From NCBI GenBank assembly GCA_965261395.1, contig OZ253462.1, positions 640,001 to 704,000 of the forward strand: a stretch of 64,000 nucleotides of DNA, in the 5' to 3' direction. The position numbers were made by a program, and so were the translations under genes. Position 1 is the stretch's first letter; every line of letters begins with the position of its first letter. Below, piece by piece: positions 56,780 through 64,000 of the stretch. The stretch is from Candidatus Latescibacterota bacterium. Its GTDB lineage: Bacteria; Latescibacterota; UBA2968; UBA8231. The notes below the pieces were generated by a model, which made no database searches, was not told the DNA's origin, and saw nothing but the letters and a program-made list of their open reading frames with translations.

Positions 56780-56930
56780 CAATCCTGAATGACTTGAACG
56801 ATTCGAGCTGCGGATCGTCTTGTGCATACTATTCTGCGTCCATCTGCGTCCATCTGCGGATTATCTTTGAATGATGTAGGATTGCTGTAGGAGTTGACGC
56901 TGGTCGAAGATTGCCAACGCGGAGGAAGAA

Positions 56931-57908
56931 ATGAGCTATAAACCAGTGGCTGCCCAGCGGCCCAATCGCTACAAAGTCTCCACGGCGGAATACGCCCAGT
57001 ACCAGAAACAAGGATTCCTCGTTGTCGAGCGCTTGGTCGATATGGAGGAAGTGGAAGAACTCAAAGCGCATGTCATGGCCATGCTCAAGGGCCAAATCGA
57101 CGTTCCCGGCCAAGAGCCTCCGGCCCCGGAGGCGACGGATGCGGAGTTGGTGCAGCGTTTCACGCGAGTGCATCAACTGCACCGTTGGGACGCCACCTGC
57201 GAGCGCTTTTTGCTGCACCCGCGCATCTTGGACGTTTTGGAGGCGCTCATCGGGCCGGATGTGCTGGCTTTGCAGACCATGCAGTTTTTCAACGCGCCGG
57301 GCATGGGCGGACAGGGTTGGCACCAAGATTCCTATTATATCACGACCTACCCGGACACCCTCATCGGCGCTTGGTTGGCCTTGGAGCGGGCCGACGAGGA
57401 GAACGGCTGTCTGTGGGTCGCGCCCGGCTCAAACCACGAGCCTATTTATCCCGATGAAGGCCGGGGACACCTAGTCCACGCCGAAGGGGCCTTTGACGAA
57501 ATTGAGGTTGTAGAGGGGATTAGCCATCTCGACGACGAGGTCAATACGCTGTCGGGAGTGGCGCGGCGCTACGGAGACGCGGTGCCGGTGGTGGTGGAAG
57601 CCGGCGATGTAGTGTTCTTCCATCCGCATCTCCTGCATCGCTCTCATCCCAATCAGTCGCCCGATCGCTGGCGTCGGGCTTTTGTCAGCCACTACTGCAA
57701 TGCCCGCTCGTGGGTACCGTGGAACCACGGGGCGGCCTATGAGGGACCGGCGGCTAATTACAAACACATTCTAGCGCGGGGGCGGACCCATCTGCCCTTT
57801 GCCCAGCCCGCCTTCGGCACGCCGTGCGCGGCGTCGGCAGCCGATGCGAACGGCGCTCCCGAGCGCATGGTGGCGAGCGGGGGCGATATGGAGAAGCAGG
57901 AGGCCTAG
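56931..57908 (+). CDS. PhyH family dioxygenase
   Basis: QGFLVVERL, WHQD, APGS, LHRS..N...RRA. Confidence 0.92.
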   Translation: MSYKPVAAQRPNRYKVSTAEYAQYQKQGFLVVERLVDMEEVEELKAHVMAMLKGQIDVPGQEPPAPEATDAELVQRFTRVHQLHRWDATCERFLLHPRILDVLEALIGPDVLALQTMQFFNAPGMGGQGWHQDSYYITTYPDTLIGAWLALERADEENGCLWVAPGSNHEPIYPDEGRGHLVHAEGAFDEIEVVEGISHLDDEVNTLSGVARRYGDAVPVVVEAGDVVFFHPHLLHRSHPNQSPDRWRRAFVSHYCNARSWVPWNHGAAYEGPAANYKHILARGRTHLPFAQPAFGTPCAASAADANGAPERMVASGGDMEKQEA

Positions 57909-58711
57909 GGCTTGTGATCCGTGTCGATGGGCGCTTCGTCCTTATCTAAGAAGCGCTCGGCGGTATTGTGGGTCGCCGGGCTGGTGCGGAAATCGGCGAT
58001 CCAAGGCTGGCGGAAATAAGCCTGCTTTTCGCGCGGCAGACTGTGCAGCACCACCGGGGGGATCTTCAGCCGGTGCCAGTGGGTAGCCAGATGCGAATAG
58101 GCGTTTAGTACGGTGACGCGCGGGGTGTCGCGGTTCCACACCGGTCCAGCGTGGCACAAGTTCTCAGTGAAAAAAACCGCGCTGCCGGCCGGGCAGGCGT
58201 ACGTGGTGAGGAAGGGACTGCGCTTGCCCTCTTCCAGCGACCGATGGTCTTCGTGGATGGGGAATTCCGACTTGTGGCTGCCGATTAAGAAATGGGTGCT
58301 CTGGTCTTCTAGCGCGATATCGGTCAATTCAAAAATAACCCGCACCATACCGGCGTGGATGCGCCCGTTTTTCACCCGGTAGCCAAAAATGGGATCGGCT
58401 TGCCCAGGGCCGCCCCCGTGCAGCGCGCCGTGCTCCTCGCCCTTTTTGCGCCAGACGCAGCTACAGCCTTCCAGCCGGATATCGGGCCCGATCACTTCGC
58501 GAATCACATCGACCACTTGGGGATGATCGATTAGTACACTGGCCGGGCCGCCGGGCACGTCGCGGTGCTCGGGCGGCAGCGATTGGGGGTCGTGTTTGAT
58601 GCGGTCGATCTGATCGACAATAGCGGCGACTTCGGCTGGCTCTAAGATGGCGGGGCGCACCAAAAAGCCGGTGAGGTCAAAGCGGAAGCGTTCTTCTTCG
58701 GTCATGGCCAT
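57905..58711 (-). CDS. PhyH family Fe/2OG enzyme with HxG instead of HxD (candidate halogenase)
   Basis: FDLTGFLV, LIDHP, LHGGG, GSHK, PAGSAVFFTENLCHAG...R. Confidence 0.8.
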   Translation of the reverse strand: MAMTEEERFRFDLTGFLVRPAILEPAEVAAIVDQIDRIKHDPQSLPPEHRDVPGGPASVLIDHPQVVDVIREVIGPDIRLEGCSCVWRKKGEEHGALHGGGPGQADPIFGYRVKNGRIHAGMVRVIFELTDIALEDQSTHFLIGSHKSEFPIHEDHRSLEEGKRSPFLTTYACPAGSAVFFTENLCHAGPVWNRDTPRVTVLNAYSHLATHWHRLKIPPVVLHSLPREKQAYFRQPWIADFRTSPATHNTAERFLDKDEAPIDTDHKP

Positions 58712-58777
58712 GGGAATATCTCTCGTCTGGTGAGTATAGGAGACGGGCCGGTCTTGTGCAGCCGAGGACCGCCAGCC

Positions 58778-59911
58778 TCAGTTGACCCCCTGCATGAGGC
58801 GTTGGGTGATGGAGCCTTCCTGGGTCAGGACATAGACGACCACGTTGACCGCCATCTGATTGTAGCGTGGGTTGCTGCCCCAGCCTACGTTGTCGATGCC
58901 GACCATCCGGCCGCGGATGAAGTACCCATTGACAATGTCCCTCCAGTCAACTAGGCCCCCAGTACCGCCCTTCAGCGCGAAAAAGGCATTGAAAACGGGA
59001 TGGTCCAAGGGCAGGCGTTCTTTCCAGAAATCATACCCGTCCACTAAGCCGCCGTACTTTACCAAGGCTTCGCGATGGTAACCTCCCAGAACGAAGCCCC
59101 CGGACAGCATATAGCGGGCATAGTTTTCCATCTCGCTCTCGTTGAGGGATCCTTGGGGGATGAGAATGGGCAGTTCGAGTAGGCGTTTGTCGTCGTAGGT
59201 GATCGTGCCGATAAACTCGGCTTCGAGTCCGGTGTACTCATTGATAACGTCGCACAAAGCATCAATTGAGCGCAGATTCAAATTGCTGTAGCCTTGTATT
59301 TGATCGGTAACGCCGCGAGCCGAAATCACATGGGCTATCTTGATGAAGCCCTTGACCGCTTGGGGATCGCTGGCGTTCTGGACGACCATGGCCCGGTAGC
59401 GGCCGGTGTCCATGCTGTTGACATCGAGCATCTCCAAGGCCATGTCGATTTTGTGCTCCGGAGTCCGCGTGCTGGTCACCGAGGTGGAGACGAGCTTGGG
59501 CTCGAGTACAAAGCTGTTCGCGGTGCCATCGGTAATCGGCTTGAACAAGCTAATGCCCGAGTTGCCGACGTGGCTGGAAATCAACGAGCGGACATTGAAG
59601 TTGGTCGTGGCCTGCACTTGATCTAGGCGGGCGGCGGCCAAGTGGACTTGGCGGTGGGCTAGTTGGCGCTTGGGCTTGGGGATTCTGCGCAGTTCTAAGG
59701 GTTTGGTCAAGCGGGGTTCGCGTTTGATGAATTTGGTGCTGAGCGGCCGAGGGGCTTTGGTCTCGACTTGTTGGAAGGGATTGAGAGCGACAAAAGCCAA
59801 CGCGAGGCCGACGGCTAGTGCCAAAGACAGGAAAAGGCCACGGCGCTGGCGACGGACCAATTCGGCGAGGTCGAAACCGGAAGCAGGGGAAACAAAGCGG
59901 GAAGAACTCAT
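58778..59911 (-). CDS. Membrane-anchored protein with a DUF4159-like C-terminal domain
   Basis: N-terminal TM, basic Pro-rich stalk, ENYARYMLSGGF...LPLDHPVFNAFF...AVNVVVYVLT. Confidence 0.65.
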   Translation of the reverse strand: MSSSRFVSPASGFDLAELVRRQRRGLFLSLALAVGLALAFVALNPFQQVETKAPRPLSTKFIKREPRLTKPLELRRIPKPKRQLAHRQVHLAAARLDQVQATTNFNVRSLISSHVGNSGISLFKPITDGTANSFVLEPKLVSTSVTSTRTPEHKIDMALEMLDVNSMDTGRYRAMVVQNASDPQAVKGFIKIAHVISARGVTDQIQGYSNLNLRSIDALCDVINEYTGLEAEFIGTITYDDKRLLELPILIPQGSLNESEMENYARYMLSGGFVLGGYHREALVKYGGLVDGYDFWKERLPLDHPVFNAFFALKGGTGGLVDWRDIVNGYFIRGRMVGIDNVGWGSNPRYNQMAVNVVVYVLTQEGSITQRLMQGVN

Positions 59912-60199
59912 CGCGCCCTCCTAGCCGGAGGTTGAAGAGATCAGCCGACAAATGGGTGCTCAAGATACCCCAATCCACGGCTGTAATCAAGCACGGCTCA
60001 CACCAAGTTGCAGAAGTCCAACACCGGAGTTATGCAAACGAGGAACTTCTCAGCTCGGGCGAAACGCGCCAGCTATTAGGAATGTACGGGAGGCCATATT
60101 CAATAGGCCATGAGTAAGCCACTGCCCAAGGCTCGGTAGGATAGAGATGTCGGCACGCTGGCTGTGATCGTTGGGATTAATTTTGCAACTTCACGACAA

Positions 60200-60309
60200 T
60201 GGCAGGCTGCGCGGTCGTCGAGGACGAATTGCGCAAAGGGGTCGTCGCCGGCCATGAAGGCCCGACCCACGCCCAACAGGCTCTCGCCGTGGTTGGGCAG
60301 GTCAAAGCT
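60200..60309 (-). pseudogene. Short hydrolase-like remnant
   Basis: SFDLPNHGESLLGVGRAFMAGDDPFAQF contains the DLPxHG alpha/beta-hydrolase motif; no start codon. Confidence 0.35.
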
Positions 60310-60326
60310 GAAGACGAGGATTTTTT

Positions 60327-60740
60327 ATGAGCAAAAACACACCAAACCTACCAGAGGATTACGCACGCCTCCTAGCAGATGTGAAGGAGCGCGTCCGCGC
60401 TGCCCAGTACGCAGCTCTCAAGGCGGTGAACAAGGAACTAACCGCTGGTTGCACAAATCGGTTGGACTCACAACTTGGTCATCCTCCAGCGCTGCAAGGA
60501 CCCGCTAGAGCGGGAATTCTACATCCGCAACGAATATACGTTCGACTTTCTCGCGCTGGACGACGAGTACGGCGAACGGGAACTGGAAAAAGCCCTCATT
60601 GCCCGCGTCGAGGACTTCCTGCGTGCCATGGGCGGAATGTTTGCCTTCGTTGGGAGTCAGTTCCGGCTGGAGGTGGGCGGCAAAGAGTACTTCATCGACT
60701 TGCTTTTATTCCACCGTCGTCTGCGCTGCTTGTCACCTGA
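60327..60740 (+). pseudogene. YhcG/DUF1016 PDDEXK nuclease pseudogene with multiple deletions
   Basis: Fragments AALKAVNKEL | AQIGWTHNLVILQRCKD..REFY | EYTFDFL...ERELE..L...FAFVGSQ..LEV...FIDLLLFHRRLRCL; truncated before the ELK motif. Confidence 0.85.
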
Positions 60741-60860
60741 TGATCGACCGAGTCGCCGTCGAAGAGCGCGCAGTTTATCCGACCAAAGCCCTCGTACTGG
60801 ACGCTAAATTTACCAGCAGTATCCATGCAATCCACACGCCCAGGTAAAAGGAAAGGACTT

Positions 60861-61673
60861 GTGAAGATCGACAAAGACGAAGGTGCTGCCAAGCGCGATT
60901 TGGGCCGGGGCTTTGAGGACCGCCGGATCGACCTAGACGTGGGGCATTTTTCCTACTGGGTGCGCCCAGGCGCCGCCCCGACTCTGGTGCTAATACCGGG
61001 CAGCTTCAATGACGCCTATGCCTTAGGGGGCATTATTGATGGACTCGATGAGAGCATGCAGTTGGCAGTCATAGAAGTGCGCGGCCACGGCGGCGGTTGG
61101 CCACCCCCGCGAGGGGGTTCAATTGAGCAATTCGCCCAAGACGCGCTGCGCGTCATTGATGAACTGGGACTCGATTGCTGCTATGTGGGTGGCCACAGCA
61201 TTGGCGGTATGATCGCCCTGGAGGTGGGCCGAGTGCAGCCGCAAAAGGTCCGGGGCATCATTTCTATGGAGGGCTGGACCAGTCACCATGTCTTGAGCGA
61301 TGCTTTTGGCGGCGATGTCTCCAGTACGCTCTCGCCGCGGCAACAAGCGCGCAATGAGGCCCTGCGTCGCCGGGTGCTGGGTCGCTGGACAGACGAGCAA
61401 ATAGCGGAATTTCGCACGTACTGGAAAAAGTGGGACGGGTACGATTTTCTCTGTCGCACCGAGTTGCCCATCTTGGAATTGTACGGCGACCGGGGCCGCA
61501 ACAGACCCAGTCTGGCCCAATTGCGCATTCCGGCGCGGGCCAATATCCAGGTCCAGTGGATGGCCCACGTATCGCACAATTTGCAGCTTGAATGCCCCGC
61601 GGCCGTAGCCCGGGCGTGCCGCGATTTTATCGCCCGGGTCGAACAACAGCAGCCCATGGCATCCGCTCCCTAG
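60861..61673 (+). CDS. Alpha/beta hydrolase
   Basis: LIPGS, RGHG, GHSIGG nucleophile elbow, SHNL; GTG start with AAGGA SD. Confidence 0.88.
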   Translation: MKIDKDEGAAKRDLGRGFEDRRIDLDVGHFSYWVRPGAAPTLVLIPGSFNDAYALGGIIDGLDESMQLAVIEVRGHGGGWPPPRGGSIEQFAQDALRVIDELGLDCCYVGGHSIGGMIALEVGRVQPQKVRGIISMEGWTSHHVLSDAFGGDVSSTLSPRQQARNEALRRRVLGRWTDEQIAEFRTYWKKWDGYDFLCRTELPILELYGDRGRNRPSLAQLRIPARANIQVQWMAHVSHNLQLECPAAVARACRDFIARVEQQQPMASAP

Positions 61674-61754
61674 TCCACGGGCCACCAGCGAATGGCTTGG
61701 ACTTGTGGCATGTATTGAAGTTGGGGGGCCTTTGCTGCCCCAATTGTGCTCCGA

Positions 61755-62786
61755 TTAACCCACTTTCAGCGGATACACCCAACAGGCGCTGCCGCCCAGT
61801 TCGCAGGGCGCGCCAAAGGGTTCGAGGCGGCCGATCTCGTCGATGCGGTAGGAGACCAGCCGCGTGGAGTCGTCGCCGCCGCCGTACATGAACTTGCCCT
61901 CGGGTTCAATGGCAAAGGGGCGAGGGGTGGCCTCGCCGGGCTGCTGCCCTAGCGAGCGAATCAGGCCGGTGTCTGGGTCAATGGCGAACATCGCGATGCT
62001 GTCGTGGCCTCGGTTGGAGGCGTAGATCGACTTGCCGGAGGGGTGGATGTGGAGCTGGGCGTTGCTGTTGTCTTCGCGGCCGGCGAAATCTTCCTCGGGC
62101 AGGGTCGATACGGTCTGCACCGCTTGTAGCGTGCCTTGGCTGGTGTCGAAGCGGTACACAGTGACGCTGGAGCCTTGCTCGTTATCGGCGTACACCACGT
62201 CGAGGTTGGGGTGAAACGCTAGGTGGCGCGGCCCTTCGCCGGATCCACAGGCCAGAATGGGTACGGCCGGGTTGGGGCTTAGTTTGCCGGTGTCGGCGTC
62301 AAAGAGGAATTGATAGATCGAATTGGCCGATTCGACATGGGGCACAAAGGCGTAGCGGTTGGAGGGATCGGTGGCAATGCAGTGGGCAAAGCGCTCGGTC
62401 TCGTAGGTATCGACAGCCGGGTCTTGTAGAGCACCATTGCTGCCGATGGCGTGGACCGTGGCCATGCCGCCGAGGTAGTAGGCGGCCAAAAGGAAGCGAC
62501 CCGTGCGGTCGGTGGACAAATAACAGGGCATGGCCGCCACCGACACTTCGCCGATGGGCGTCAAAGCTCCGGTGGCTGGATCAATGGTATAGCTGCCAAT
62601 GGCGTGCTCGTCGCCGCCTCCCAAGCCGACGTACAGGTATTGGCGCTTTGGGTCGGCGGCAACGGCAAAGCCGCTTTTGCCCAGGGCGATCTGGTGTTTG
62701 CGTTCGAGTTCGCCCGAATCGGCATCCATAGAAAAAACAAGCAATTGGTTGTCCGTCGAGATCGGCACGTACATGTAGTAGTTCAT
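61755..62786 (-). CDS. Lactonase family beta-propeller protein (second Pgl paralog)
   Basis: PCYLSTD, AHCI, GPRHL, SNRGHDSI, PRPF. Confidence 0.88.
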   Translation of the reverse strand: MNYYMYVPISTDNQLLVFSMDADSGELERKHQIALGKSGFAVAADPKRQYLYVGLGGGDEHAIGSYTIDPATGALTPIGEVSVAAMPCYLSTDRTGRFLLAAYYLGGMATVHAIGSNGALQDPAVDTYETERFAHCIATDPSNRYAFVPHVESANSIYQFLFDADTGKLSPNPAVPILACGSGEGPRHLAFHPNLDVVYADNEQGSSVTVYRFDTSQGTLQAVQTVSTLPEEDFAGREDNSNAQLHIHPSGKSIYASNRGHDSIAMFAIDPDTGLIRSLGQQPGEATPRPFAIEPEGKFMYGGGDDSTRLVSYRIDEIGRLEPFGAPCELGGSACWVYPLKVG

Positions 62787-62894
62787 GGTGTGATAGTCCT
62801 CTCTTCTTTAGGTTTGCCCAAGGTGGGCGAGTGAATTGCCTGATAAACTATGCTGCGCAGGCTACCGGACCAACCTAACCCCCTGGAGGAAACT

Positions 62895-64000
62895 ATGACA
62901 GAGCGAACGGCCGCGCCCAACTACGGCATCATGTACAACTGGGACGGTGCGCCCCACGGCTACAGCGAATACCCCCAATCGCTGGCGCAGTTCCTCGACA
63001 AGGTGTACGCGCCGCTGGCAGATACTCAGGTGGGGGCCTTGTGCTGGTGCGTGGGCGTCCACGAAGTGCCTTGGCCGTCGCAGCAATTGGATATGGTCGG
63101 CGCATCGACCGAGCGGCGCTACGATTCAGTGCAGACTATGCGCCACACCGAAAACATCCGCGCCTTTTTCGAGCGGGGGGACGATTTGTACGGGGCACTG
63201 GTGCAGCACGGGCGCGAACTGGGCATGGCGGTGCTGCCGTCGCTGCGCATGAACGACAACCACTTCTGGGATTTGCGCCCGGGGGATTTGGGCAGCTTGC
63301 AACGGTCCGAGCTGACGCCGCTGCGGCAACAGCATCCCGAGTGGCTTTTGGGCGAGGAGCAGGCACCGGGCTGGGCCTCGACTTCGTGGAATATGGCCAT
63401 CCCCCAAGTGCGGACGTACGTCTTGCAGCGCGTCGTCGAAGCCTGCCGCTTGGCCGACTGGGATGGCGTCGAATTGGATTGGCAGCGGCACGCCTTTCAC
63501 TTGCCAGCCGACGATGCGTACCGCTTGCGCTACGTTTTGACTGATCTCATGCGGGCCGTGCGGGCGCAGACCGACCAGATCGCCCAAGAACGGGGTCAGC
63601 CCTTTCACGTGGCCGTGCGGGTGGCCACGACCTTTGAAGCCTGCCGCCGCATTGGCTACGATGTCGAGACTTGGGTGCGGGATGGCTTGTGCGATGTGGT
63701 TATCAGTGGCGGCAATTCGGGGACCGATCCTGGGGCCGAGGTCGAGCGTTTTGTCGAGTTGTGCCGTCCCCACGGCGTGCGCTTCTACGCTGGCTTTGAC
63801 TCGGACGGACGGCAACAGGCGCGGCGCTTGCGGCCTCATGGAGCGTGGCGGGTGGATTGGTTCCGCGGCTTGGCCCAAGACCAACTAGCGCGCGGGGCGG
63901 ACGGAGTGTACGCGTTCAACTGGCACGGCCATGCCCAGACGCACCGACCGTTGCTCACTACCATGGGGGCGGCAGCAACACTGGCTGGCCTAGACAAAGT
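62895..64000 (+). CDS. GHL10/DUF187-like TIM-barrel protein, 3' end beyond window
   Basis: Not in ORF track. GGAGG SD plus ATG 62895: MTERTAAPNYGIMYNWDG...SLRMNDNH...HPEWLL...WDGVELDWQRH...GYDVETWV...GADGVYAFN. Confidence 0.75.
   Translation, partial: MTERTAAPNYGIMYNWDGAPHGYSEYPQSLAQFLDKVYAPLADTQVGALCWCVGVHEVPWPSQQLDMVGASTERRYDSVQTMRHTENIRAFFERGDDLYGALVQHGRELGMAVLPSLRMNDNHFWDLRPGDLGSLQRSELTPLRQQHPEWLLGEEQAPGWASTSWNMAIPQVRTYVLQRVVEACRLADWDGVELDWQRHAFHLPADDAYRLRYVLTDLMRAVRAQTDQIAQERGQPFHVAVRVATTFEACRRIGYDVETWVRDGLCDVVISGGNSGTDPGAEVERFVELCRPHGVRFYAGFDSDGRQQARRLRPHGAWRVDWFRGLAQDQLARGADGVYAFNWHGHAQTHRPLLTTMGAAATLAGLDK

Noticed and set aside
56833-56860. TCTGCGTCCA tandem repeat as a CRISPR-like or coding repeat
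   Set aside because: Only about 2.5 copies of a 10-mer with no spacers; simple intergenic repeat.

Overview
GC-rich bacterial chromosomal window with no rRNA, CRISPR array or prophage. It is dominated by small-molecule and sugar catabolic enzymes: eight PhyH-family Fe(II)/2-oxoglutarate dioxygenases, two enolase-superfamily dehydratases, two lactonases, two Gfo/Idh/MocA oxidoreductases, SDR, AKR, ROK, SIS, GH13, a CoA transferase and a sugar ABC transporter. It also carries hrpA, an nfeD-nfeD-floA operon, tRNA-Leu(CAA), an rpoZ-like gene, a tandem pair of large secreted FlgD/CHU_C-type proteins and a DUF4159-like protein. This gene content resembles uncultured marine or sponge-associated lineages such as Latescibacterota or Poribacteria (inference only). 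Mobile DNA: a tnpB-only IS200/IS605 element with readable end hairpins, a complete IS5-family element that interrupts a TPR gene (16-bp IRs, TTA duplication), and an IS110 scrap. Several accessory genes are being eroded by internal deletions (MNT-HEPN, DUF3368 PIN toxin, YhcG, GNAT, hydrolases), and a diadenylate cyclase-YbbR fusion is frameshifted. The top leads are a PhyH enzyme with an HxG (halogenase-type) iron site at 57905-58711, the paired CTD-bearing secreted proteins, the TnpB element, an unannotated 52-aa repeat membrane peptide after the tRNA, and a CuyA-like lyase plus sulfite exporter cluster. All family calls come from motif recognition by eye, with no database searches.
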